Below are positions 28,463 through 37,708 of a DNA stretch of 64,000 bases, in pieces; position 1 is the first letter of the stretch; each line of letters begins with the position of its first letter. This DNA comes from a virus. A program made the position numbers and the translations under genes. Below the pieces are notes generated by a model. It saw nothing but the letters and a program-made list of their open reading frames with translations, had not been told where the DNA came from and made no database searches. The stretch spans positions 33,673 to 97,672 of the IMG/VR virus record IMGVR_UViG_3300035698_004757; one strand, given 5' to 3'.

Positions 28463-31261
28463 ATGACCGTTGCAACTTCCAATTTGGTGCGCGCCCGTAA
28501 AATACTCAAGGACGTATGGGGCTACGACGACTTCCGCAAAGGCCAAGGCGATATCATCGCCAGCCTTGTCGCAGGTGAAGACACACTGGCGGTGCTGCCC
28601 ACGGGCGCAGGCAAGTCAGTGTGCTTTCAAATACCTGCGTTATTAAGCGACGGCACAACCGTTGTCATATCGCCGCTGATTGCGCTGATGAAGGATCAGG
28701 TGGACGACTTAAACGCGATCGGCATCCCGGCCGCGTTTATCAACTCGACGCAAGACGATACAGAGCAGCAAGAGGTGCTGATTGATTTCACATCGGGTGC
28801 CTATAAGCTGTTGTACGTCGCACCCGAGCGGTTGCGCAACAAGGCATTCCGCGAAGCCATGAGCGGGGCAATGATTAACCTACTGGCCGTGGACGAAGCG
28901 CACGCACATCGGCAGGGTAGCGCAATCACCACAACACGGGGCGTAAAGCCAGCCGAGCGCGTACAAGTGGGGGATGTCTTACCGGGCGTCGATCACACAA
29001 CCGGTCGCGTAGCAACTGTCACCGTCCACCGGGTGCGCAAGCGGCCCTTGCGGGTTGGTGAGGGCGTTGACATCTATGTGTCCACAGGCACACTGCGTGT
29101 AACTTGCGACCACCCTGTATTTGTGGTGGGTGTGGGCTACGTGCCTGCTGCGTCCGTTCAACCGGGAGACGAGGTGATTACCAATGCCGACTTGTCTAAT
29201 GTGCAAACAGACGTTTTCGTTGGGGCAGCCTGTTCATTCGTCGCGTCCGAAGTCGCTAACGAGCCACGTATGTTCGTGCAGATGCCTACGGCTGTACCGG
29301 TTGAGCGTGACGCAGTGCTTAAACTGTTCCGCACCGTTGCTGCCAAACTCGAACCGAGTTTGTTGCTCCGTTCAGTGTGGGCGTGCGCGGCAGGGCGCTG
29401 GTTCGTCGCGGCGCATGAACGAGGACAATCCTATGAAGTCGCCCGCAGTACGCTTGAAAGTATCCAAAGCGCTGAAGCGACGCGGCGACCCGTTCACCGA
29501 AGCGACTCGGGGAGGAAATGGGCGGAAAATGCCCAAACCAGCGGCCCGTGTGTTGAAGTGGTTTCCGAGACTACTCCCGGAACATTTGGTTTGTATTGGC
29601 GAGAAGAGGAACGGGCACCCGTGGTACATCAAAGCCGACTTCGCCGACCCACAACAAAAGAAGATCGTCGAAGTGGACGGGGGTTCGCACAAGCCGCTGG
29701 CTGCGAAGAAGCGGGATCGCAATCGCGATGTGCTGTGCGTCAAAGCCGGGTGGTGCGTGTTGCGCGTGACCAACCAAGAGGTGCTGACACAACCACGGGA
29801 GACGAAATCGCGGATCAAAGCGTATTTACGTTCGAGACCGACGGCGCGCAAACGTATTTCGCGGACGGCGTCTTGACGCACAATTGCGTCAGTCAGTGGG
29901 GGCACGACTTCCGCCCGGCGTACCAACGCATTCGTGACGTGGTGGCTGAGATGGATGCAGCGGGTAACCGCCCGACCATTCTCGCATGCACAGCCACATG
30001 CCCGACAGGTCTGGAAGACGACGTGGCCAAAGGCATCGGCATGCGGGAGGACTACACGCGGGTGGTGGCTGATCCGATTCGCCCGAACTTCACATACAAC
30101 GTGATGCACGGCAACATGTGGGCCAACGTCACAGGCATCGTGCGCCGGTTCGATGTGGCAACAGGTCGATACCTTGTGTACACCACCACACGTCGGGCTG
30201 CGGAGATTATTGCGACCAAGATTGAGGACGAACTCGGCAAGAACGTTGTGGCGTTCTATCACGCAGGGCTGCCCAGCCAAGACCGCGAAACAGTACAAGA
30301 CCAATTCAAGAGCGGCGAGCGCCCCGTGGTGTGCGCGACGTGTGCATTTGGTATGGGCATTGACGTGCCGAACATCCGCGCGGTGCTGCACTGCGGTGTG
30401 CCCGGGGCGATCGAAGATTACACGCAGGAGATTGGCCGAGGTGGCCGTGATGGTTTGCCGACCACGGCGTGGCTGTTGTTTGATCCGAAAGGGTTGGAAC
30501 TGCGCAACCAATTCATTGACAGTGCCAACCCACCGTTCGACTTCTACGGGCCGGTGTGGGACTACCTCAAATTGAAGACGCGACCCGGTGAGATTCTTAG
30601 CGAGTCGGGTGCCGTCATTGCTGACGGCATTAAAGACTTAGCCAAGCATCACGATGTGTTTCCCGACGACGACCTGTTGATGCGGTTCAACGCACACAGC
30701 GTGCGGTCGGTGATGGCTACGATGGAATCAAAGGGGATGATTATTCGGCGCGAGTCAAAGGCTGGCACACACGTGCAATTTACCGTGGCCATGATGCAGA
30801 AGCGTGACAAGCTGGTGGACAACCAGCGGTTGGTAGCAGACGCCTTATGGGACTCGCTGGCAGACAAGTTCGATGTCAAGGGGTTGAACTGCGTAGAAGA
30901 CCTTGTGGACGTGACCAAGACGGCGGCAGATTGTGACCTAACCTACATGCCCGCGAAGCGTGCAATGCTGGCGTTGCAAGAGAAGGGGTACTTGGTGATA
31001 GCGGCCAAGTACAATGGCAAGACCACAGCAGTGTCCCCGGCGATGTACAAACAGAACATTGATGACCTGCTGACGCGCGAAGGTGTGGAAGCCAAGCGAC
31101 AGCGCGCACTTGACCGTCTGGATCAGATGGTGGGGTACGTGCATCTGCGAAGCGAGAAGGATCGCATTGACTACCTACGGGCCTATTTCATGGGTGCGCC
31201 TGCGCAGGGTGACGCGGGCGACGAACGATCACTATTTGACCAGAACGGAGACGAAGGATGA
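28463..31261 (+). CDS. recQ: RecQ-family ATP-dependent DNA helicase, intein-interrupted
   Basis: WGYDDFRKGQ, LPTGAGKS, SPLIALMKDQV, YVAPERL, DEAH / CVSQWGHDFRP, CTAT, AFGMGID and QEIGRGGRDG. Confidence 0.95.
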   Translation: MTVATSNLVRARKILKDVWGYDDFRKGQGDIIASLVAGEDTLAVLPTGAGKSVCFQIPALLSDGTTVVISPLIALMKDQVDDLNAIGIPAAFINSTQDDTEQQEVLIDFTSGAYKLLYVAPERLRNKAFREAMSGAMINLLAVDEAHAHRQGSAITTTRGVKPAERVQVGDVLPGVDHTTGRVATVTVHRVRKRPLRVGEGVDIYVSTGTLRVTCDHPVFVVGVGYVPAASVQPGDEVITNADLSNVQTDVFVGAACSFVASEVANEPRMFVQMPTAVPVERDAVLKLFRTVAAKLEPSLLLRSVWACAAGRWFVAAHERGQSYEVARSTLESIQSAEATRRPVHRSDSGRKWAENAQTSGPCVEVVSETTPGTFGLYWREEERAPVVHQSRLRRPTTKEDRRSGRGFAQAAGCEEAGSQSRCAVRQSRVVRVARDQPRGADTTTGDEIADQSVFTFETDGAQTYFADGVLTHNCVSQWGHDFRPAYQRIRDVVAEMDAAGNRPTILACTATCPTGLEDDVAKGIGMREDYTRVVADPIRPNFTYNVMHGNMWANVTGIVRRFDVATGRYLVYTTTRRAAEIIATKIEDELGKNVVAFYHAGLPSQDRETVQDQFKSGERPVVCATCAFGMGIDVPNIRAVLHCGVPGAIEDYTQEIGRGGRDGLPTTAWLLFDPKGLELRNQFIDSANPPFDFYGPVWDYLKLKTRPGEILSESGAVIADGIKDLAKHHDVFPDDDLLMRFNAHSVRSVMATMESKGMIIRRESKAGTHVQFTVAMMQKRDKLVDNQRLVADALWDSLADKFDVKGLNCVEDLVDVTKTAADCDLTYMPAKRAMLALQEKGYLVIAAKYNGKTTAVSPAMYKQNIDDLLTREGVEAKRQRALDRLDQMVGYVHLRSEKDRIDYLRAYFMGAPAQGDAGDERSLFDQNGDEG
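28904..29884 (+). mobile_element. Intein (327 aa, Ala1 ... His-Asn, +1 Cys) in RecQ motif II
   Basis: Splits DEAH|CVSQW. Block A AHRQGSAITTTRGVKPAERVQVGD; block B LRVTCDHPVF; blocks F/G VFTFETDGAQTYFADGVLTHN. Confidence 0.92.
29184..29876 (+). CDS. Nested out-of-frame endonuclease (Zn-finger plus Vsr/DUF559-like) inside the intein
   Basis: Own RBS GAGGTG at 29171-29176; CxxC clusters; ADF...IVEVDGGSH...RDRNRD...GWCVLRV nuclease motif. Confidence 0.85.
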   Translation: MPTCLMCKQTFSLGQPVHSSRPKSLTSHVCSCRCLRLYRLSVTQCLNCSAPLLPNSNRVCCSVQCGRARQGAGSSRRMNEDNPMKSPAVRLKVSKALKRRGDPFTEATRGGNGRKMPKPAARVLKWFPRLLPEHLVCIGEKRNGHPWYIKADFADPQQKKIVEVDGGSHKPLAAKKRDRNRDVLCVKAGWCVLRVTNQEVLTQPRETKSRIKAYLRSRPTARKRISRTAS

Positions 31262-31815
31262 CGTGGGACGATCAACTATTCAAACTGGCGGAGCGTGCAA
31301 TACAAGAATACCGACGCAACTGCGTGTCAGATGCGGCGTCGGAGTCGATGCAGGTTGACCTCGACCGGCTGCGCGCGGAGGCGAAAGCATCAGACGGGCG
31401 CAGACGGCTGCCCGATCAGCGCCCGGCCATGACGTACCACGGGCGCATTGGCAATGGTATGGATTTTTACGTGACGGTGGGGTTCTACCCGGACACCTAC
31501 GAACCGGGTGAGGTGTTCATGCGCATTGCCCGCACGGGTTCGATCGTGTCGGGTATGACGAATGCAGCGTGTGTTGGGATCAGCGTCGCGTTGCAGTGCG
31601 GGTACCCGTGGTCGAAGCTGCGCAAGAAGTATTTGGGTACGCAGTTTGAGCCGCGTGACCCGTTGGGCGTAGGTGACTACAACCGACTCGAAGGCGGGAA
31701 CGTGATGTTACGTCCGTACACGTCGGTGCTTGATGCGCTGGCCAAGTCAATCGACCATTTGTCGCGGGAACAGAAAAGTCTGTGGGGCGAGGAAGATAAA
31801 AGTGGGGGTATGTAA
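31258..31815 (+). CDS. Stand-alone TSCPD domain protein (class II ribonucleotide reductase C-terminal/NrdJb-like)
   Basis: FYVTVGFY...PGEVFM...GS...ISVALQCG.P...LGTQFEP motif. Confidence 0.72.
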   Translation: MTWDDQLFKLAERAIQEYRRNCVSDAASESMQVDLDRLRAEAKASDGRRRLPDQRPAMTYHGRIGNGMDFYVTVGFYPDTYEPGEVFMRIARTGSIVSGMTNAACVGISVALQCGYPWSKLRKKYLGTQFEPRDPLGVGDYNRLEGGNVMLRPYTSVLDALAKSIDHLSREQKSLWGEEDKSGGM

Positions 31816-32105
31816 AAATCCCCTAGCAGCGTACGCCGCCGTACGGGCGCGCGCAACAAATTGAAAAGTAATTTTTTCTCTTATATTTCTCCCGCGTTAA
31901 GAGGCGCTTAGCTTAATATGCAAAATACAATCTGTCAAATTGAAACTTGGGTTAAACGCAAAACACATAATTGTCGAATTGCTGCGCAATCCGACACTTG
32001 GCGAAGTCGGGTCGCTTCGCTCCCCGAACGTGACCGCCTTCGGCGGCCCCGGTAAGGAACTTTTTTTGCTCCCGGGTTGGCTACACCGAGAGGGTGGAGG
32101 TAAAG

Positions 32106-32120
32106 TTGACGCAGCGTCAA
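32106..32120. repeat. 15-bp palindrome upstream of the SF2 helicase
   Basis: Exact copy. Confidence 0.95.
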
Positions 32121-32144
32121 AATAACACAGGCAGAGGTGGCAAG

Positions 32145-33770
32145 GTGACACGTGCATACCTGACAATTGAAGGACCGTGGGCACGCATGAGCGGTGTACC
32201 TGATGAGGTGCGCGACGAAGTGCTGTGTGTCATGGACCCGGATGCTTCACGGCGACAGGCTTATCGTGAGGGTCGGTGGGACGGTCTGCACAAGCTGTAC
32301 ACGGACGACCGTTACCCAGCCGGGTTGACGTTGCAGTTGCATCGACGGCTGGAAGCGACCCCGGGTATTACCGACATCACAGTGCGCAACGAGAACGTGC
32401 CAATGGGCAGCGACCACTTGCATGCGGACTACCTCCCGAAGTCGGTCGCACCTGATGGGCTGTGGGATTGGCAGTTGGAAGGGTGCAGCGCGATGCTCAA
32501 CAGCCCGTGTGGTGCAGTGAAAGTCCCAACTTCTGGTGGTAAGACGTTGATGGAGGCCGCGATTGCGCGGTACGCATTTGAGCATGCCGGGTTGAAGACA
32601 CTGGTGATGACATCGAAGCGCGGCATCCTCGATCAGATGGTGCGGGTGCTGACTGAGGCCGTCGGTGACATTATGACCGTGGGGCAAATGGGTGATGGGT
32701 GCAAAACAGTTGGCGACGTGACGGTGGGTACGGCGCAGACGTTGATCGGCTATCAGCCGACGACGCGACGTGCAAAGATACCCGGTACCAACAAGCGGCG
32801 GCGTACGTTCATTCAGGGCGACCCGGTGATACGTGAGTTGCTGCGCAGCGTGGGTGTGTTGATGTTGGACGAGGCGCACCACACGTCGGCGGTGACGTGG
32901 TACGAGACTGCGATGTATTGCACCGCCCCGTATCGGTTTGGCTTGAGTGGCACCCCGTTGAAGTTCGATGACTACGCAGACGCTCGCATGATAGGTGCGA
33001 CCGGGCCAGTCATCTACGAGATTGATGCCGACGTGTTGATCGCGGCCGGTAAGAGTGCGCGCCCACGGATCGTGATCGTGACGAGCGACGCGGCCAGTTC
33101 GCCAGAGATGCAGCACAACGAGTTTGGCAGATTTGTGCGGGGTAAGTTACGTCCGGGTAAGAAGTGGCCCCCGTACAAGGAGGCGTACAGGTACGCGATC
33201 GTGGACAGTGTGCCGCACAATCAGGCTGTCATTCGCGCAGCTACGTGGATGGTGGACCGTAAGAGGCGTACGTTGATTCTGGCGAGGCAGAAGGACCAAT
33301 GGCGATTGCTCAGGGATATGCTTGAAGCGTCAGGGCTGAACTACGCTGCGCTGTGGGGTGATACAGAGACAAGTGTTCGACGCCAAGCGAAGGAGGCGAT
33401 GGACGAGAAGAAGTTGCAGGTGATCCTTGCGACTGTCATCTTTGACGAAGGTGAGGACGTGCCCGGTATTGACGCGATGGTGTTGGCCGAGGGCGTGCGA
33501 TCGAACACGAATGCTGTGCAGCGTATTGGCCGTGGTATGCGGCGTGAGAAGCGAGGGTACGAAGATGTGTGGATAGTGGACTTTGCCCCCACGTCACACC
33601 CGGTGTGCCTTGAGCATGGGAGCGACCGGTTCACGTCGTACGTTGATGAGGGCTACCACACGATGGTGTGGGATCAGTGGCCGAGTGAGGACGAAGAGGC
33701 GGCCGGGGCGTTGCTGTTGCCGTTTGAGCAGTGGGACAAATGTTACGAAGACGCGGAAGGTGGCGAGTAA
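32145..33770 (+). CDS. SF2 DNA helicase (UvsW/Rad25-like)
   Basis: PTSGGKT, DEAHH, GLSGTP, EGEDVP and QRIGRGMR. Confidence 0.9.
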   Translation: MTRAYLTIEGPWARMSGVPDEVRDEVLCVMDPDASRRQAYREGRWDGLHKLYTDDRYPAGLTLQLHRRLEATPGITDITVRNENVPMGSDHLHADYLPKSVAPDGLWDWQLEGCSAMLNSPCGAVKVPTSGGKTLMEAAIARYAFEHAGLKTLVMTSKRGILDQMVRVLTEAVGDIMTVGQMGDGCKTVGDVTVGTAQTLIGYQPTTRRAKIPGTNKRRRTFIQGDPVIRELLRSVGVLMLDEAHHTSAVTWYETAMYCTAPYRFGLSGTPLKFDDYADARMIGATGPVIYEIDADVLIAAGKSARPRIVIVTSDAASSPEMQHNEFGRFVRGKLRPGKKWPPYKEAYRYAIVDSVPHNQAVIRAATWMVDRKRRTLILARQKDQWRLLRDMLEASGLNYAALWGDTETSVRRQAKEAMDEKKLQVILATVIFDEGEDVPGIDAMVLAEGVRSNTNAVQRIGRGMRREKRGYEDVWIVDFAPTSHPVCLEHGSDRFTSYVDEGYHTMVWDQWPSEDEEAAGALLLPFEQWDKCYEDAEGGE

Positions 33771-33772
33771 CT

Positions 33773-33928
33773 ATGCGCAAAGCAGATGACATCCGTTACA
33801 AGATCGCGAACCTAGAAGACGACATTGCGTGCATGGAGGTTGACTACGCAGGCCGATGTGAAATTGACGCTGCCTACTGTCGGCTGGCTGACTTGCGGGA
33901 TGAACTGCGCGAGGAAGAAGAGGTATGA
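33773..33928 (+). CDS. Small hypothetical protein
   Basis: Fills the gap between the helicase and the next ORF; coiled-coil-like. Confidence 0.4.
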   Translation: MRKADDIRYKIANLEDDIACMEVDYAGRCEIDAAYCRLADLRDELREEEEV

Positions 33929-33932
33929 GCGA

Positions 33933-34856
33933 ATGATCCGAACACCTGCGCCACAACAAGACCGCCCGAAGTGCTTTGGGCTTGACTACGTGCGCGATGA
34001 CGCCATGTGTGTCGCGTGCCCTGCGAACGTGAGATGCGGCGTGGTGATGAAAGCTGCGCCGTCGCTATCACAGTTGCGGCGTGACGCGGAGGCGGCGTTG
34101 GATGTGACAGCGGTGGCTGACGTGGAGGCGGTGTACATTGCGGCGTACAGGCAGGCGTATGGCAGGGCACCGAGGTACACAATTGCTGACGCGGCTCAGC
34201 GGGCGTTTAGGTGGGTGGCGACGTTGGTGAGGCTCACGGGAGTTGACCCGGTCGAGTACATGGAGGCCCAGCTTGTTTCAATGCGTAAGAGTGATCGTGA
34301 GTTTTACCCGTCGATGCTCACGAGCGCAAAAGCTGTTGTGCGCTACCGCACTTACTTGCGGGCAGGTAAGCGCAAGTACAGCAACACACGGCGGGGTCAG
34401 ACCGAGGTGTTCCCCGTGCGTCGCATTCGGTCGGAGTTGGCGCACGGCGAGTTTCTGGTGGGTGAGTATTACGTGGCTCACATTGCACAGGGGCACATGG
34501 ATGGGTGGGACTACGCAGCCGCGAGGTCCATGCCCGGTGAAGTATGGGTGGCGGCACAGGACGTGTCGTCGGAGGTGTATAAATCGTGGGTGCGCGCATA
34601 CAGTCGGGATTTGGTGGAGCGGGTGCAGCGATGCGCGACGCTGTCGGCGGCATGCCGTGTCATGTCCGCGCTGCGCCCGGGGTTGGCTGACTGGATAGGT
34701 GTGCGGTCGTTTAGTTGGGAAGCGTTGGCGGCCTTGGTGGTGCGCCTTGACGTGGTGCCCCCAGCGGCCGAGGATGTAGGGATAGGCAAAGTACCCGGTG
34801 AACTCTGGACTCCCGGCAGGTTGTCACAACGACGCGCTGCCGGACAATTTAGGTGA
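33933..34856 (+). CDS. Hypothetical protein with N-terminal Cys cluster (possible helicase loader)
   Basis: CFG...CVAC...C; immediately upstream of the replicative helicase. Confidence 0.55.
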   Translation: MIRTPAPQQDRPKCFGLDYVRDDAMCVACPANVRCGVVMKAAPSLSQLRRDAEAALDVTAVADVEAVYIAAYRQAYGRAPRYTIADAAQRAFRWVATLVRLTGVDPVEYMEAQLVSMRKSDREFYPSMLTSAKAVVRYRTYLRAGKRKYSNTRRGQTEVFPVRRIRSELAHGEFLVGEYYVAHIAQGHMDGWDYAAARSMPGEVWVAAQDVSSEVYKSWVRAYSRDLVERVQRCATLSAACRVMSALRPGLADWIGVRSFSWEALAALVVRLDVVPPAAEDVGIGKVPGELWTPGRLSQRRAAGQFR

Positions 34857-36448
34857 GGAACCACAATATGGCGGATCAAAAAACGCCGGGGCGTAAGAAG
34901 CGCGCTGGCGGCAGGGTGGGGACGTACTCGGAAGAGTTTGGTGATGCGTTTCAAGGTCACATTCTGGCTGTGATGGCGCGCGTGCCGACATTTGTTATGT
35001 CGCATCGCACGGCGTTGAGCGAGACGTATTTTGCAAGCACGACGCGGCAGAACATTACAAAGGCATTGTTGGGTTTCGTGGATGAGTTTAAGCAGGTGCC
35101 CACGAGGGCTACGTTGGTTGAGTACATCCGGCCAAATGTCTCGGACGACGACATTGCTGCGATCGAGAAAGAAGTCGGGTCGCTGTACACGGACGACATC
35201 ACGGACTGGCAGGCAGTGAAGCAAAAGGCTGTGCGGTTTGGCAAAGTGCAGGCCGTCGTGAATGCCGCGATCAATACGGCCGAGGACGTGGAGCGCGGTG
35301 ACCTGACCAACGTCTTAGAGCGCACGCAAAAGGCGCTTATGGTCGGCGAGGACATTCTCGACATGGGGCTGGACTACTTGGGTGAGTTGCCCGATCGTGA
35401 GCGATGGTACAACCCGGACGACGTGATGAAGAACGTAATCCCGACCGGGTTGCTGCACCTTGACGAAAGTATCGGTGGCGGGCCGTCGCGCGGTGAACTC
35501 TGGTGTGTTGTTGCGCCGCCGAAGAAGGGCAAGACCAGTACGCTGATTAACATCGGGTACGGCGCGCTGACGCAGGGTTTCAACGTGGTGCATTACACGT
35601 TTGAAATCGGCAAACAAAAGGTGGGCATACGTTACGACGACCGGCTCATGGGTTCGCAGGTGATCCACAAGCGCGTACACCCGGGCAAGTATGCGGAGAT
35701 GGTCCGCGATCGCGCTGGGAAGTTCATTAAGGGCCAGTTGTTTGTGAAGTCTTACGCGACGCGCACCTGTACGCCGAGCATGCTGCGCACACACCTATCC
35801 ATGTTGCACGCTGAGGGGTTCACACCGGACGTGATAATTGTGGACTACGCCGACATCATGCAAGCCGAGTCACGTCTGCGGTATCACGAGATGCGGCACG
35901 AGCAGGCAGGCATCTACGAAGACCTGCGCACGTTGGCCAGTTCGTTCGACGCCGTAGTGTGGACCGCGTCACAGACGAGCAAGGGTGCGCTGGAGAAGGA
36001 CAAGGTGACGATGACCGACTTGGCCGAGGCGTTTGAGAAGGCTGCCATTGTGGACGGGCTGATTGGATTCAGTCAGACCGAGGACGAAGCCGTGGACAAG
36101 CGGTGTCGGTTGTTCCTTGCAGCCGTTCGGCACGAAGAGTCGGAGCGGTTTGTGGACTGCCGTATCGAGCGGGTGTGGTGTACCATCACGACTGAGGCGC
36201 TTTACGATTTGTCACACGCACAGGTTGAGACCAAGCACGACACACTCGACCCGGCTGTGTCTAAGGGTCGCAAGTTAGCAGCGGGCGCAGAGGCGGATGC
36301 GGGTGAAGCCCCAGCCCCGGCACGTGCGCAGCACAAGAAGCCAGCAGGCAGTAAGGGCAAGAAGCCAGCAGGCAGTAAGAAGCCAGCCAAGCGACGGGGT
36401 GGGTCGTCAGCGGCCGTTGACCGCATCCGGAAGCAGGTGATGGAGTAA
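34853..36448 (+). CDS. Replicative DNA helicase (DnaB / T4 gp41-like)
   Basis: IPTGLLHLD, APPKKGKT, IIVDYADIM and VWTASQ. Confidence 0.92.
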   Translation: MRNHNMADQKTPGRKKRAGGRVGTYSEEFGDAFQGHILAVMARVPTFVMSHRTALSETYFASTTRQNITKALLGFVDEFKQVPTRATLVEYIRPNVSDDDIAAIEKEVGSLYTDDITDWQAVKQKAVRFGKVQAVVNAAINTAEDVERGDLTNVLERTQKALMVGEDILDMGLDYLGELPDRERWYNPDDVMKNVIPTGLLHLDESIGGGPSRGELWCVVAPPKKGKTSTLINIGYGALTQGFNVVHYTFEIGKQKVGIRYDDRLMGSQVIHKRVHPGKYAEMVRDRAGKFIKGQLFVKSYATRTCTPSMLRTHLSMLHAEGFTPDVIIVDYADIMQAESRLRYHEMRHEQAGIYEDLRTLASSFDAVVWTASQTSKGALEKDKVTMTDLAEAFEKAAIVDGLIGFSQTEDEAVDKRCRLFLAAVRHEESERFVDCRIERVWCTITTEALYDLSHAQVETKHDTLDPAVSKGRKLAAGAEADAGEAPAPARAQHKKPAGSKGKKPAGSKKPAKRRGGSSAAVDRIRKQVME

Positions 36449-37488
36449 TGGCGAAGCGACGAGTGAAATTAGGACTACTAGCGTACTTGGAGCAGCGTCT
36501 CGGGTCGTGTGCAGGGTCAAGCGTTGAACGTGCGTTTTACTGCCCGTTTTGCCTGAGTCGGCAAGGAGACGAATCGACGGACCGGAAGCTGTACATCAAC
36601 ATGGGCAGCGGCCGGGCGTTTTGTTTTCGCTGTGAGTATCGCGCAGGGTCATTGCGGTGGTTGTTCCGTGACATGAACGGCGGCAACCTTCGCTACGAGG
36701 AATTGGCGTTTGTGTTCGCGCAAGATGAGTCGCGGATACCGGAGGTGTCGGAAGTGTCGGGGCTACGCGCCGCGATCGTTAACTTGCTGTATGCCGCAAA
36801 GCGGGAAGTGAAGTTAGAGCCGACGCCGTTGCCTGATGAGTACACGCCGTTGACAGGTAAGCGAGGGCGCAAGTCGCTGGCCGAGGTGTTCGCGTATCTT
36901 GACGGCCGGGGTGTGACGGATGCGCAGATTGAGCGATTTAAGATTGGGTACGCGCGTGCCGGGCGGTACCGGAAGTATCTAATCTTCCCTGTGACGCAGG
37001 GCGAGCGTGTCGTGTATTTCACCACGCGGTTCGCCGGGCATCGAGACAAGTTCAAGAGTTTTGACCCGCAGAAGCAAGTGGACGAAGATACGGGTGATCC
37101 GACGCACTATTACAAGAGCCATTGCTTGATGAACTACGACAACGTGATTGGTGCTGAGCAGGTGACGTTGGTTGAAGGCCCGTTTGATTGCGTCGCTGCC
37201 GACCCGGCCGTTGCGATGATGGGGAAGAACCTGACACCGCAGCATGTGAAGTTGCTTGAAGCGTTGGTGCCGTTCGGACTACGAGAGATAATCATCATGT
37301 TGGACCCGGATGCGCGCGAGTATGTGGCGACGTTGTATGACCGTCTGGCAGGTCGCGTGCCGAAAGTGCGGGTGGCTTACCTGAGCAGTGGCGACCCGTC
37401 CGAGTGCCGTGACATCATGGGTCAGTTGCGGCAGGCTGGGCGGGAGCCGTCGCCGGTGGATAGGGTGCGGGCGAAGCTGGGGCGTTGA
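36448..37488 (+). CDS. DNA primase (Zn ribbon plus TOPRIM)
   Basis: CPFC...CFRC, YLDGRG, LVEGPFD and MLDPDA. Confidence 0.92.
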   Translation: MAKRRVKLGLLAYLEQRLGSCAGSSVERAFYCPFCLSRQGDESTDRKLYINMGSGRAFCFRCEYRAGSLRWLFRDMNGGNLRYEELAFVFAQDESRIPEVSEVSGLRAAIVNLLYAAKREVKLEPTPLPDEYTPLTGKRGRKSLAEVFAYLDGRGVTDAQIERFKIGYARAGRYRKYLIFPVTQGERVVYFTTRFAGHRDKFKSFDPQKQVDEDTGDPTHYYKSHCLMNYDNVIGAEQVTLVEGPFDCVAADPAVAMMGKNLTPQHVKLLEALVPFGLREIIIMLDPDAREYVATLYDRLAGRVPKVRVAYLSSGDPSECRDIMGQLRQAGREPSPVDRVRAKLGR

Positions 37489-37499
37489 CGCAGCGTCAA
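37485..37499. repeat. 15-bp palindrome on the primase stop (duplicated at 38709-38723)
   Basis: Exact copy. Confidence 0.95.
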
Positions 37500-37528
37500 T
37501 AGCATTTTTTGCGTTATGCGGAAACAGG

Positions 37529-37556
37529 TTGACAGGGTGGGGATGCTGGTTATACT
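37529..37556 (+). promoter_or_regulatory. Sigma70-type promoter (copy 1) upstream of the methyltransferase
   Basis: TTGACA-N16-TATACT. Confidence 0.75.
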
Positions 37557-37708
37557 GTGTGCTGTTGAGGCCGAGACGTTCCCGGCCCGACATTCTGGAA
37601 TCGACGGGGATAAACCGTACCCCGCCAGTTGAGAGGATTTGCACTACGAGTTTGTCATCCGCATTGTCGAACATTTCTTTTTGACCGCACTAATGATGAG
37701 TATGTGTC

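Larger units (their letters stand above)
37475..37676 (+). repeat. 202-bp direct repeat, copy 1 (operator, promoter, leader; start codon mutated to ACG)
   Basis: Aligns to 38699-38900 with 5 substitutions. Confidence 0.95.
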
